In this document: positions 12,581 to 26,519 of the stretch, one piece after another
How the letters are laid out: each line of letters begins with the position of its first letter
How positions within the stretch are numbered: the stretch's first letter is position 1
Source of the DNA: Eutreptiella sp. 'Long Island Sound 2002'
Taxonomy: Eukaryota > Protista > Euglenida
Length of the DNA: 64,000 nucleotides
Assembly (NCBI GenBank): GCA_964036045.1
Contig: OZ038379.1
Location: forward strand, 31,434,001 to 31,498,000
Reading direction: 5' to 3'
The notes under the pieces: generated by a model
Seen by the model: the letters and a program-made list of their open reading frames with translations, nothing else
Databases searched by the model: none
What the model was told of the DNA's origin: nothing
Translations under genes and position numbers: made by a program

Positions 12581-13199
12581 CACAGTGGGTCAGGCAGGTT
12601 GTTGCCTGAACCTCGGGAAATGGCTGAGCTACTTCTAACCGAGGGAGTAACGCCCCTCCTCCTTAACCACAATTGAAGGGTGAGACTTCCCTACCGCGCT
12701 TTGCATGTTGAGCCGGGAACGTAGTCTTCACTATGATGGAGTGATGGTGTCAAAAGATCAACGTACATTATTTTTGCCTTGAAACGGCTTTGTTTGGTAA
12801 AATTTTTGGTCATACGTGGAAGGAAAAAATTTGCTAACCCCCCCCCCCCCTCACCCTCTGGGGATTGGCTGCGCAGAAAAAACTGTATGCCATTCCGAGG
12901 AATCCCCCCCCCCCCCCGATGTATTGTACGTGATGCCTTGCATGACTAGCCTGCCCGGATGCATCATTTTAAAGACACCGGGGGTCTTCTGGATAGCAGA
13001 AGATGGCTGGGCCCTAAGGGACGTGGTCCAGAACCCCCCCCCCCCCCCCACCACCACCGCACAAAATCTCCCCCCTCCCCATACTCTCTCTCACAATGCA
13101 GATGGCAGAAGCCACAGGCGACACCATCGCCCCGCGGCGAGAGGAGAGATCACCAGACAGAAAAGAGCAAAACTTATCGCCGCGCGTTGATATAGAGAA

Positions 13200-13740
13200 C
13201 GGTGTTACTCCAACCCACCTGTGGCACATGCCGGGGTAGTGTTCTCCCCCCCCCCCCCCCCCAAGATTGGAATGCAATATCAGCGCATGCTCCTTCAGTT
13301 CACTCAACACAAATGTTTACCTGTTATTATTGCAGTTGCAAATGATTTTGAGGGAATCACACGAGTACATGGTGTCACGATAAAAAGTGCAACAAAGACA
13401 ACAAAGCGCACATAACATGCGGTGGTGACAGCACCAAGAGTATCATGTATAGCACAAGAAGGCAGAATGGGCTTGAAGCCCTCAGCCAATGCGTGATCCT
13501 TTACGGGATCATTGGATAGGGCCTGCTTCATGAACAACGAACAGTCTGCTTTGCGCTCTTTACTGGCAGCGGCCTGGCTTCATGGGCATCCCCTCTTATC
13601 GCTCTTCACTGGCAGTGGCCCGGCTTCATGGGCATCCCCTCTTATCACTTCGAGAGTCGTCGAACCCACGACATTGAGGTCTCTTCTTAATCCTTCGAAA
13701 TCAATTGCCAGCAGCAGTCATAGTAAGTGAAGAAAAACTT
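13200..13740 (+). mobile_element. Diverged fragment homologous to the 5'/ORF1 region of LINE family A
   Basis: 13645-13730 (atcacttcgagagtcgtcgaacccacgacattgaggtctcttcttaatccttcga...gccagcagcagtcatagtaagtgaag) aligns by eye with 16170-16260 (atcgcttcgagaatcggcggatccacggcaccgaggtctcttctcaacccttcga...gccagcatcagtcataagtgaag). Confidence 0.7.
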
Positions 13741-13760
13741 TTGCTCCAAATAGCATAAGA

Positions 13761-13832
13761 GGCATGGACGGTCTAGTGGTATGCGCCATGGATGGCACTC
13801 GTCGTTGTAGGGGGTTCGAACCCCGGTTTGTC
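13761..13832 (+). pseudogene. tRNA-derived pseudogene or SINE head
   Basis: A-box-like ggtctagtggtatg and B-box/T-arm ggggttcgaacccc. The acceptor and anticodon stems do not pair properly. Confidence 0.55.
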
Positions 13833-14369
13833 CGTCTGTCCACGGGCCCGTTGGCGAGCCCCCCGCCACCGCCCCCTTCAGCATCCCCCTCCACCACCGG
13901 TACCGCCGATGGATGGGTGGCGTGTCTCGTCCTCGTAGTTGTTTCTTTTATCTTTAGAATTTTTTGCATATGGTCCAGTCCAGGCAGGCATCAGAGCACG
14001 CATAAAAACAAGGCACCAGGCACAACACACCTGCAACAGTGCCCCCAGTCACCGGTACCGCCGGCCGACGGGAGCCGCATCTCCTCCTCGTATTCCCCTT
14101 GGGGGAATCGAACCAGCGTCTTCAAGGCAGCGACTGGCCGCACGACCGCTGCAGTACCCGGCCAAAAACCCATCTTAGGAGCTGTTACCAAAAGGGGCTT
14201 TAATTGGGCCCGGAGAAAGTTGATATGGACAAATTTCGAAGCCCTCCCTCGTACCAAATATTTCCTTCGATTTTAAGGATTCTTTGTGCCATATTGTGTC
14301 AGGGGGTGCCATAAGGACACTCACCCTTTTTTTTTCTTATGCCATCAATTCTCTAATGTTGAAATTCCG

Positions 14370-14457
14370 GCAGATCCTAATATAGCTTAGTTAGTAGTTG
14401 TACTAGCTTCTAATCCCAAGGGTCCTGGGTTCAAACCCTGGTGTCTGCAATTTTTTT
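14370..14457 (+). pseudogene. tRNA-Arg(TCT)-like pseudogene or SINE head with a T7 terminator
   Basis: gcaga...tagcttagttagtag (A box), loop cttctaa (anticodon TCT), ggtcctgggttcaaaccctgg (T arm), tgtctgca, then ttttttt. An insertion in the acceptor stem and an unpaired anticodon stem indicate it is non-functional. Confidence 0.6.
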
Positions 14458-15221
14458 AGCTTCGCTTTTTTGGTCTTTTTTATGTCTGCATGTCTGCATG
14501 TTTGCATGTGCATGCACCCCCGGGATATGGATGCTACGGGACCCTTTCAGTCAGTCACAAGCACACATACCCGTTAAACCCCTCCCCCCTGCTCTCAACC
14601 TCTTCCCCGAAGCAATCAGCCCCAGACAAGGAGCCAAACAAAAGTCAGTGAAACACATGGGGCCACTGATAGCACCTCTTTGCAAATTTTCTTTTTTCTT
14701 TTTTTGGTGAACCATCCTTTCTTGGTTAAACAGGTGCTGTGTGATGGCTGGGTGCCTGGGCAGGCAGGTTTCACCTTCTTGCCCTACTGGGGGGGGGGAG
14801 GAGAGGACGCCCAGGCACCCAAGGGGTCCGAGAGAGCAGGGTGGGTTATAAAAATAAAAATTTGTAAGTTCCTCTCCTGCCCTCCCGCCTGGGCCACCCC
14901 CGCCTTCTTTGCCCCCTACCTTCGGGTTCCACACCTTTCTGGACTTGAACAGGTTAGGGATGTTGAAGACATTGAAATTTTTTGTGTTGTGTCTGTGTCA
15001 CTGAAGGTCATCTCCTTTGAACTGCCCCCTAGGGGAGGGAAGGTAACATAGAGATGAGACGCGGTGTCGATTGACACTGTGTTGTCTGTAGGTCCGCATG
15101 ACCGTCGACGTTCACAACGAATGTGGTGTGCATCTAGCAGGCTCAGCGATTGGCAAGTGATTTGCAAGTGGTGATACCATTGCTCACTTTTGTGTCGTGT
15201 TGTCTTCGTGCCATCCGCACA

Positions 15222-15745
15222 GGAAATAACAGGAACCATGCAGAGCCCACCAGGAAACAACAACAACCATCCAGAGCCCACCAGGAAATAGCAACCATCC
15301 AGAGCCCACCAGGAAACAACAGCAACCATCCAGAGCCCACCAAGGAATAACAGCAAACATCCAGAGCCCACCAGGAAATAACAGGAACCATCCAGAGCCC
15401 ACCAGGAAATAACAGCCACCATGTAGAGCCCATCAAGAAATAACAGCAACCATCCAGAGGTCACAAGGAAATAACAGGAACCACCCACAGCCGACCAGGA
15501 AATAGCAACCATCCAGAGCCCACCAAGAAATAACAGTAACGATCCAGAGCCCACCAAGAAATAACAGCAACCATCCAGAGCCCACCAGGAAATAGCAGGA
15601 ACCTTCCAGAGCCCACCAAGAAATAAGAGTAACCATCCAGAGCCCACCAAGAAGTACTCGCAACCATCCAAAGCCCACCAGAAAATAACAGCAACCATCC
15701 AGAGCCCACCAAGAAATAACAGCGACCATCCAGAGCCCACCCGGA
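15222..15745. repeat. Minisatellite, 28-31-bp unit ccatccagagcccaccaggaaataacagcaa, about 17 copies
   Basis: Tandem copies are directly visible. A two-unit relic occurs at about 62180-62240. Confidence 0.95.
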
Positions 15746-15889
15746 ATCCACAATGAACATCCACTAAGAATCAACGGCAAGGGGCCTCATACCAAATTTT
15801 TCCTTCATTTCTAAGGAGCAATACCAATTTTTTACCCCTTTCATTTTGGTCATCCGAAAAAAAACCTCTTAAATTAAAGGCTCTGTTGG

Positions 15890-18800
15890 TAGCTCTCAGC
15901 AAGCCATCGTAGCTCTCAACAAGCATCGTCATGACATCGTGATTGAGGGAGGGATAGGCTATGTAAAGCTCAGAACTGCATCAGGAAAATACAAGAATCG
16001 TACATATTTCACTCCACAGGTCTGTGGAGAATACAGATCACCAGTAGGAGCCCAGCTTTGGGGCAAGACATCGTTATCTTTGACATTGGCCCAGCTTTCC
16101 GGGCAAGCTCCCTTGCAACTGTCATATCTCATAGCCCATGGCGAAAGCTTTCTTTGAAACAAATTTCCTGTCATCGCTTCGAGAATCGGCGGATCCACGG
16201 CACCGAGGTCTCTTCTCAACCCTTCGAGATGAGTTGCCAGCATCAGTCATAAGTGAAGCACAAATGTCCATACCGTCTGCGTTGGACAAGCCTGCCAAAT
16301 TTGTTTGCGATGCACTGAGATGGGTGGCAGCACGTGGAAAGATTATTCATATAGCCGGCATCTCCAAGACTCTCACACCATATGGGATGCTCCTCACAGC
16401 GTCTGTGGATATTCAAATGGACACGGAAAAGACCTCTCTGCACTAAGTCCCACTACCCATCTTGAAATCACCAGCGCTTCTCTACAATGTGGAACAACAG
16501 CCAATGGAAATACGACTTGTGCATCAATGGGATCCCACATATCGTGCAATTACAAAGACATCAAAAATTTCTTGCAGAAGCACCCCAAACCGCTGGATGC
16601 GGACATAGATAAAGTCTCAGCTACAGTGATCAAAGAGCATCAATATGACCCAATTAAAGACCACCTTCCGCAATATCAGCGGAAAGCATGGGCAGAATGG
16701 CAAAAGCATGGTCACAAACAGATTCTTGAGCACATCATGGCTCTACCAAAGTTGCTCCGGCGAAGACCACATCGAATTTGACAGCAGAAGATCACCACCA
16801 GCTGAGTTTGCATATTCTGTCATGGCTTGCTGATCATGTAGCTCTGCCGCATCGCAGGACTCTACACAAATTCAAAGGACACATCCCATCGATCTCAATT
16901 GAAAATGCCAGAGAACAGCTGATGAACTCCATTCTGTTTATGAACACAGCCAATGATCTCGATCGGATTCACGGAGCAGGAGCAATCTCATGGATCACAG
17001 CTCCAACATATGCACTCATGTTACCAGATAATGCACATCCAATGTCATCAGATCACATCAACTTGCTCTCTCAGCCACCAGCAAATCTTTCGCTCATTTC
17101 ATCGGTGGATGATGAATCACTTTCAGCCTCGAGATCACGTCTAGCAATGAGCTTATTTCCAGATATCGATTCGGTCTCTCGGGCAGAATTTGAGCGCGTG
17201 CAAAAAGAGAATGCAGAGAATCGCAAGCAGGCACAAGCACATCGACAACAAATGGAGGCTCTCTCACAGGAAGTTCAGAAATGGAGCAACAAAGCTTTAC
17301 TCCTGTCCACGACCAAGGATGATCACACCATCACTAACCTACCTTCTACCATGCCTCATTTGGTTTCACTAGTCCAGAAGTCACATGAGTGGAAAGGTCC
17401 CCCTCGAGATGCGGTGTCTCAATACATCGATCGGTACCTCCCACCCCATGTAACCCCAGTCCCCCCCCCCCCCCCATGCACAAGCATTACTTAACCATGT
17501 TACCGATTCTGGCAACTTTTTTGGCAGTCACTGGCACAGTGAAAGATTTACCACATTACCGATGGCTTTGGACACGGAAGAACCACGGCTAGACACCAGC
17601 GTGAATCTTTTGAACTTTTGGCCCGAATCCCCGCCGAAAACTTATACACATGAAAAGGAAAGACAATCAGATCGAGACACCGCATCAGGAACTAACCCCT
17701 CTGTGACAAGCAAGACAAAACATGTCACATTTTTGGATGTAATGCAACGCTTTCCTGTTTGGATAAATGATCAATCTAGTGAACACAGTGTTTAACAAGC
17801 CAGAAGTGTTCACATGCACTTGTATACCCATGGCATACATATGCCACGATTTCCTCATTCAGATCTTCATGGTCAATGGAGCCAATTGGAATGCATGGAA
17901 TTGACAGATTCCATAAGAAAAGCCATTCATCAGTTTCTCGAGACCCCTCCGACCCCAAAACGAGACGCAATACAAAAAGAAATCAAAAAGCCCACCACCC
18001 CTTCACCTTCATCACATATTACACCAAGTCCACAGGTTAGGGTACACCACATATTACACCACATCCACAGATCCAACAAAATACCCCATCAACATTTTAA
18101 TGGGACGGTCAGCATACGATGACCCACCACAAACCACAATCACAGCCCGCATTTTAGGCACAACACTGTGTCCTATTTTTGGGAAACATTTATGTTCCAT
18201 CCGAGATGATGTTGTAAAAGCACCAAAGTCATTCACCCTTTTTGGTGTGGCAGACGAAGGAAAAAAATTCACTGAGATCGTTGGTGCAGTAAATATGTTT
18301 GGATGGCGGGTGAACTAGAAAAAAGCCAACAGACAACCATGGACTCCACGGGTACCTGGCATCATTTACAAAACCCCAACTGCTGCCAAGGAAACACAGA
18401 AAGAGAGCACAGGAAGAAAGCACAAGCATCACAAACGATCAAGATCACGAAGCACCTCCTCAGCAAGCAGTGACAGTTCTGTTGACAAGGACAAACACAA
18501 AAGGTCACGAGAAAGACGAGAGAAAAAGAAATACAAAAGATCAAAGTGACGATCAAGATGATGGTCAAGAAGAAAGCACAAGACAAGCATAGAAAGGCTG
18601 GAACGTCACTCCGCAACACTCACATTCAGCACCTCCAACCCAATACACACTAGGAACTCAACCCCCACCCACCCAACCTACACAAACATATCAAACTCCG
18701 AGACATGCATCACAGACCTCGCAGAATGGTCCTGATGGGCAAGGATGGAGAGGGGACTCCCAATGGAACTGGTGACCCCTTGTCTAAAAACATGGATCCC

Positions 18801-21800
18801 AGTCCCTTCCCACCCGAGATTTCAGTACATATGCTACGAAGGTATCTATCAGCTCAACCGAAACAAGGTGAGCAATGGGGTGTGGGTTTTGAAGGCACAG
18901 AATGCATCGGACATACAAAACCCCCTTTGGAGCTTTTGACACACACAAATGTGTTACCCTCGATGATGCATGTTCAGTACATCACTACAGACACAGTCCT
19001 TTCTTCTCTTCTCAGTCAATGGGTAGAACAGATCTTTGTCTGTCAAATCAAAGGCAATGCCACAATCATGGCCATTTCCAAACACATGCGATATGGACCG
19101 GTCATGCTACCGGAAAAACACTTGGTCTTGCCACACAATGCATTCTTTGCACGCCACACTGTACACATACGTCCAACATCCCAGGAGAATCAGACTTTGT
19201 TGTATGCAAATTTCAAAATGAAAACAATAAAAAAGTTCCTGGGAAGGACAATACAAATACCCACACACATCCGAGATGCATTGCAAAGATTTACAACACA
19301 TGTACCCCTGCCTGCTCAGACTGTGAGTGAACCAGCAAGTTCACCGACCACAGGATTGCAAGTATTATGTTTGAATACCCAAGTTTCTGTGCAATCAAAG
19401 ATCCGTGCTTTACATGCCATTCTTAAACAGACCGGATTTCTAGCTGCTCTCATGCTACATGAAGTTGGCAAGATTCCAGATGATTTCGTTTTTCATCCAC
19501 TGTATGCCAGTTTCTGCAAGTCACCAAACAGAAACTCAGCAGGTGCATGTATTTTGATGAGAAGGACTCAGCAGATTGTGGTTTTAGAGGTTCACTTTGA
19601 ACCGAACTACCGAGCAGTGGTAGTACGTGCAACCATATCATTGAAAAAGGTACAAATGATCAATGTTACCTGAAGTCAGGTGGTGAACCACCTGAACTCC
19701 GTGTCACCTTGGAGTGGACTGTTCCCTTTATTCTGGACACAGAATTTTTCACTATATACGGAGGTGATTTCCAAGCAAATCCACGATGGGACACATCATG
19801 CCCTTTGGCATCCACAGCGATCAGCACAGCCATCTTGGATACCTTTGCAGATACCCCACTACGAGTGAGGCCCAAAGAACATGATATGCCAACATGGATT
19901 GCACCTCAAGGTTTCTATGGAGCGCTAGATCACTTTTTGATTCCTGAACCCCTCAGATACAATGCTACAGTACGTGGACAAGCAACATCCTCCTTCCCAT
20001 CATACCACACCTCAATGCTGCCCTGCATACCTCTGCTGCTCACTACAGCGGATACAATGGAAGATGAATGTCAAAAATTTTCAACAGCAGTACTACACCC
20101 CGCAAAGAAAAATTTTGGACCGCCTGTAAACCTCACAGCTGTACCAACAGTAGTACAACAAGCACAAAACCGATAATGAACAATTTGTCACGCGGTATCC
20201 ATACTGGTGGAAAGACACCACACATATACTCACATACTAAAGCAAGAAAGCACGAATCAGAGAAGCATGGGATTTGGTACAGCTGGAGCGCAAACTACAG
20301 ATATCAATCATCAATGCCCACGCAGCTAATGAAGCGAATGCTCCGAGAAAGCCCCTGTACTGAAAAATTTTTCGCACAGGGTTACAGACCAAAGTAGAGC
20401 CCATGTTTGTATCAGGCATCCCCACGCCCACAGAGCTGCACGGTCTGGTTGGTATGGACCAGTTTGGACGGAGACACTTAGCCCCCCCCTCTCCGCATGG
20501 AAGCGGAACACATACGGTATTATATGCAACGGTCCCCTCTCACAATACCAGACATCCAATTCACAGCTCAGATGATCAGATACACACTGTCAAATGCATC
20601 CCATACCACTCCTTATCACGATCTTTTGGAATATAAATTTCTATGTTTCTTGTCTTACAAACAATTGGAACGTTTGGCACAGATTTATAACCGGTGGTAT
20701 CATGGAGAACACCTTCATAAACTTTTCCAAGGGGATTTCCATAGTCTGCCTAATAAAATACCACATGGACCCATTGCAAATGCTCGACCACTCCTAAATT
20801 TCACTACCATTTGGAAGATATTCCCAGCATGTTTGAAACAGTTCCTCATTCCCATTCTGTGTGCAACACATGTCATCCCCCCTTCCCAATTTGCCCTCCA
20901 TAGTGGTGCATCAGCCATAGACACGCTTCGGGTCATACATGACCACATCTTGGACAGATGGTTTGCACATTTGCTTGTTTGTATGGCATTTGATGATGTC
21001 CGACATGTCTTTGGATTAGTGCAACACGATACTCTTGAAGCTATACTTCGCTTACTTCACTTCCCCTCTCACCTGATAAGTATTCTCATGAATGCTGCCA
21101 CAGGTGCAACTCTACACATGGGTGGAAAAAATGGAATAGTTGAAGCCCTGGCAAAAAGCAGGTATAGCACAAGGGTGCCCCATGTCAGCACTCTTATTCT
21201 GCATCCTTTTGGAGCTCCGGATTCGCATGGTTTTGCATGGTATTCCTAAACCACGATCAAAATGTGGAGATTTTGGACATGTGGCTTACATGGATGATAC
21301 CACATATCTCCTGGATGAAGTGACAGATATTCAACAGCTGTTGTCGAATCTGTATCAGACAGGCATCATGACCCATCTTCACACATCCACAGTGAAACTT
21401 GTGGTAGCCGTGACACACCGTCAGGGTCTGCAAGTCATTTTTGACAAGCCAGACATTTTAGCAGGAGGAAGTATAGCACCAATGGCAGATGGAAAAATGT
21501 ACATTCGGCTACTGGGCAGACATGCCATGCCACACATCTTTCATACCAATGATTTTATGAAAATGATGAGTGCATCCCGCAGAGCCAGTATAGTATTAAG
21601 ATACGCCAGGTTACCAGCAAACTACCCCATTTTGATGTACAATGCATCTGCAGGTGGGGCACACAGATGGTTGGGAGGGATCAGACCCCCATCACCAGGA
21701 TAAATGCGTCTGTCAGATCACCCAGCAGCATCAGCAATCCGTGCCACAGCAAATTGGGATTTTGTCCCATCAGCATTATTTTTGCAGCCTTTGGAAGCTG

Positions 21801-24000
21801 GATGGACAGGCATACAACCCACAACAATAGTTATGTTACTTCAGTTTTTACTCAACTATATCAAACAAGTCAGCCACACAAATCCAGTAGTCAGATACTC
21901 GGTCCTGCGAAGCCTATGGCGAGCTAGGCAGAACTTTAGTGAACACATGTCCTGTGCCCAGCAACCTCTTTCCGGCATTTGTCCAGTACATTACACAAAC
22001 CACTCACGTTTTCTCATTCTAATGCACCACATGGATGTAGAGACACACTTTCCTTCGTCCATCATGGAAATGGATGATGATATACCCATGTATAAAGCAA
22101 ATCACCCCGTGGAAGCCAGCCAAATACACGCATGGATGTCAGAGGGATACCAAACACAGCACAAAGCCAAGCAAAAGGGACGGCCCATTCCTATGTGGCA
22201 GTATGATCTCCCCCCGAAACACATCCCAATAGCACACCCTCTCAAAGCACAGATACCAGTCGTCACACATATACCACAGGATCCCCTCCTCGTGACAGAT
22301 GGGTCATGGTACCCAGATGGACGTTGTGGAGGGTGTATAGCTTTTGTATGCACCCACACATATCAGTACACACTGTACCCAGTAGTAATCCCCCTCTCTC
22401 TGGATCATTCATACGCTGTTGAATTGTATGTTGCCTGGATTTTATTGCGCATCGGGACGAACCTGCAGTCAGTAGACCATGGACAATGGTATTTCAGAGG
22501 GCAGCCATACACAGACTCAATGTCTTACATTCAAGCATTACAGGCGGAAAATGATGCCACCACTCCCATCGTCAGCAAACTTTTGCAGGCATGTCGTCTT
22601 TTAGTTAAATCATTTGTTCCGCCCAAGCATATTCATTCTCACAGGATAGGCACAATTTTGGATAGAATTTTGGATGCAGTGGATCAGGAAGCTAAAGACA
22701 CAGCACAGAAACAGCAACGGCAAGTAGGATGGATCACGGATCTAGACACAGAGCAAGCAGTTTTCTCAGTGACAGGCACACAGAAACATGATTTGTCAAT
22801 GTACATTGAACGTAAGTTGCGAGAGATGTACTGCACGCAGCATGGAGTAACATATGCACGCAATCACACCTTATATGCAAACACAGTGATGCAAGGTGAA
22901 CTGCTATGGTCGGTACACTTACACACTGTCACACAGAGACATCACATGCAAGACCTGTCAGACACCAAGTGTACCTTGTGTTACCCATCACACACGCGCA
23001 TGCTCAAGCAGATTGTCCACTCCTTTTCTTGCGAACATGGTTCCTGTACATCAAACTCAGTCATCTCCTTCCAGCCTTGAATCCGTCGTGGCACAAGTGC
23101 CTGCCTACCCCCCGGGGTACTTTGATTGCTACGCCTGCGAGGCACCTGGTTTTAACGGTCAACCCAGTCAAGTACATGAGAATTCCACATGATTTGTGTG
23201 TTATCAGCTTGACAGGGGAAGTTTCGTCTCAATCTATGCACCAAGCAGCAGAACATGGAGACACCAACACAATGATGACACGAGTTCTGGGATCCCTTCT
23301 CACAACATGGTATAACGTTCAACAGGTGGAGGGTCCACCACTATTACCGGTCCACCAGGAATACGCAGTGCCACGCAATCCGTACGGCATGACATCACAT
23401 ATCCTCACCAATCCAGAGAGTCTGCATAGCAATTGGAAACCATGGACGGGGGACACAGTTTTATGGCCTTCCCCACCACTTTTGTATCACGTAGCTCATC
23501 AATACTCAATGAATGCAAGTTTACCTCATATGTTTTTGCCGTCTCCACACCTTTCCTCGGTTTTATATTGGTATGTGACAAAGTTTACAGGCCATTGACC
23601 AGTAACTCCGGTGGGTATACCTTCGGTAGCGTTTGTGGACACCCCAAAACCAATCCAATTACAAGGGTGTTTTACGGGTATCACATATTGGTCTGTGATG
23701 TATGGATACCCAGAACACCGTAGGTATTTGACATGTGTCAATTAGGATCAACACAAGACGTTTATATCACAGGCAGCGGTCATGCAACACGTATTCAGAA
23801 CAATCTTTGCCTCATTGGCCATACCATTGGTCCAAGTATATCAAGACTATCGCATCCCGATGCAACCACTAACAACATCCACTTGGCACGTAAATTGGTT
23901 TGCATGAATTCGATCAGTGCTTGTCTTGCTATGTCACAGTCAGAGAGCTATACCGCCATGCACGCAGTGCCACGACTTCAACCCAGGAGGAACGCTTAAT
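15890..24000 (+). mobile_element. Near-full-length decayed LINE, family A: ORF1-like region, APE endonuclease, RT, RNase H, C-terminal extension
   Basis: APE: VLCLNTQ...LMLHEVG...GGDFQ...LDHFL (19360-19950). RT: ARPLLNF...AFDDVRHVF...QGCPMSALLF...AYMDD (YMDD at 21287-21298). RNase H: LVTDGS...AVEL...YTDS...HIHSH...LDAVDQEAK (22290-22700). CTLCYPSH follows. Several stops and frameshifts; the ends are approximate. Confidence 0.9.
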
Positions 24001-25504
24001 CTGGTTGAGATACCGGGGGAATCACTGTAGACGTAGTCTGGTCTCCCGGGTAATGTGTCGTACACCCATGTGGCTAAAGAGTATGCATGAGGTGGAGCGC
24101 AGAAGGTGAGTCGGAGGTCCGTCCCGTGACCAGCCTTCGGCGCAGTGGACAGCCAATTACCGTACACTAGTCCTCCTCCTCCTCCTCCTCCCCTGGGGAT
24201 TCGTGCAGTCGTGAGCAGTGGGGCTGGCATTCTACCCTCCTGGACAAAACTGCAGCTACCCCCCCTCATTTCCCCAACAGGCCGAAAAGCTGATGTGCAG
24301 TAGGCTCTTGCTCTGACAGTGCTCTTGTGCAGTGCGTATTTCACACACCAATTTGCATCATCCTTCCTTCCCACTCCTCTTTGAAGTTATGTGCCTTTGA
24401 GTGGTTGCAATCCAGTAGCTCTTGGGAGGTGGCGGTGTGGAACAGGGTGAGTCTACCTGCACCTTCGCTTAGCTCACTTTAATTAGGTCCCCCCCCCCCA
24501 GTAGTATGGATGCCTGCTTGTCATAGCAGAAGGTTCAAAGGCGAGAGGCCAATAGGCGCCGCCACAGGCTAAGCGAGCCAACCACCAAGGCCTTGTGCCA
24601 ACCCCCCCCCCCTCCCCCCCAAAAAACAAAAGGCAGGCGCGGCTGGAGCAAAGTGGCGGGTCCACACCTGACCTTCTGCCCCCCCCCCCCCCCAAAAGTG
24701 CGCCATACAAAGTGCACGAAGCAGCCTTTATGGAAGACGCCACCCCACCCCCTCCCGACCCCCCAATCTCATGCCGCCGGGCTTGGGCCCCAAAAGGTAC
24801 TCCTCAGCACCCCTTTTGTGCCCCATACATTGGGGCCGTGTTGGGCTATGACCTACGACTTCCGGTGGGCAGCGGTGTGAAACCATCTCAGACGCCCCGT
24901 TAGGGATCTTTTACATTTTTTGGGGGCATTTTTGTTTGAGTAGCGCGTGACGCCTTCAATGTGGTGAAGCATGGGGCAAGTGAGTCCCACTGGACACATG
25001 GCGGACCCCCATGCCTCCAGGCAGACCTGCCTGGTGGCAAGGCTCATGGAAAGCGTGTGCAGGGCTGTTCCGGCATGTGCCGAAGCCCTCCTCGTCTGTG
25101 GGGTGTGCGAGTCATGCTGATCAGTGTGAGCCCACTTTCGTGCCTGAGGGTGCTCTGGGCCCTGCAGACAGATTGCATGAGAAGGACACACAGAGTCGTC
25201 AGGGAGACATCAACGTCAGGCACCACAACTGCCAGAGCTGCCACAAGGCGATTTGCCTCTCATCATAGCGTCTGGCAGGGTCTCTCCATCCAAGAGATGG
25301 ATCAACAGCTTGCGTGTGTGCCGTGGGTGACATGGGAAGAATGCGTCAAGGATTGCCCACACAAATCAGTAATCTGCAGGTCGGCGTTCATCCAAACCAC
25401 GTCTTCACACATGCTGCGCACGTCTATGCTCGTCACGTCCGCTTCTGCATGCGCATAAGCCCCCACGTGCATTCGTTGGGCAATTTCCCTGCGTTTGTTC
25501 TCAG

Positions 25505-25579
25505 AGTTGCAATTCCACTTGCGCTGGCTGCAGTTGTTGGCCTGTTCCTCATGATGTGGCCGTATGCACGAGAGGCTAG
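25505..25579 (+). CDS. EamA/DMT transporter exon 4
   Basis: tttgttctcag|a...gctag|gtatga; 75 nt, phase 2 to 2. Encodes (R)VAIPLALAAVVGLFLMMWPYAREA, the last helix of EamA domain 1. Confidence 0.85.
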   Translation, partial: SCNSTCAGCSCWPVPHDVAVCTRG

Positions 25580-25739
25580 GTATGACCGGAGCATTTGTGA
25601 GGCGCCACACCCACAGCCCAATGTTATCCCCTTCCAACATGACACGACACAACACAATGCAACACAATTGGTGCCCAGGGCTCCGGATGCAGTGAACTGA
25701 TGGTGGTTGATGGTTGGCTGACAGCAGGTGGCCGTTCTC

Positions 25740-25880
25740 AGATAGACAGATGGACGGATGGATGGACGAACAGACAGACAGACCGATAGACCGACAGACA
25801 CACAGATAGACACACAGACAAACAGACAGACACACAGACCAATAGACAGACCAGACGGATGGACGGATGGACGGACAGAC
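25740..25880. repeat. Compound (GACA/GACG/GATG)n microsatellite; similar tracts at 31365-31530 and 33700-33880
   Basis: Directly visible. Confidence 0.9.
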
Positions 25881-26519
25881 AGACAGACAGACTGACTGAC
25901 GGAGGCTTTGGGCTCGAGCTTGCAGCTTGCCGAATCTTGGGGACTGGTACGGGGGTCTCGACGTCCGTTTCGGCGATTTTGAGGGGTGGTAACCAAAAAA
26001 AGGGGGTGGTTGCGGGTGGACTAGATGCCCTCAGAATTGCGTTTTGAGCCAGGTGACCCAAGTTATAGCCTGATCTTTGCCTGGGGCTGTTAGCCCTGCT
26101 TTGCGCAGATTCTAGAGCCTTTTTGGGGCCTTTTGGGGGCATTTTTTCGGACATATCGCAGAGTTAGACGGCACCAAAAGGCTCGTTGGCACAAGGAAGT
26201 CAAGCCACACATAGAATGTAGGTGTAGAATGTAGAATGTATGTACCAGGGGGGGGGGTTTCTGAGAAATCCGATAGCGTGGGGGGTTTTGAAAAAACCCC
26301 CCTTTTTTAAAAAAAATGGTCTCTGGGGGGGTGTTAAGGGTGTTTTTCGACGCAAACACACCATTTCTGCGAAAATTTTTTTTGGTGGTATTCTTTTGGA
26401 CTGCACATCCAAAGTTTCGTCCTTCCCCCCAATTCAGCCACTTTTGGTGTTGTCCCCCCACTCTGAAATCCACGCTTTGTTGCGCGGCCCCCCAAAAATT
26501 AGATTTTCCACTTCTGACT

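Noticed and set aside
11582-12583. 333-aa - strand ORF and the Lys/Ala-rich + strand tail
   Set aside because: Low-complexity (GCA/AAG-rich) antisense of the transposase remnant.
14916-15780. Hydrophobic 'membrane protein' ORFs on the - strand
   Set aside because: They are translations of the roughly 30-bp minisatellite.
26230-26420. Odd homopolymer-rich patches (also about 30980-31170, 35010-35130, 53150-53290, 54390-54480)
   Set aside because: Runs of G/C/A/T inflated relative to related repeats look like low-accuracy read consensus. They are treated as possible sequencing artefact, which also limits conclusions drawn from individual frameshifts.
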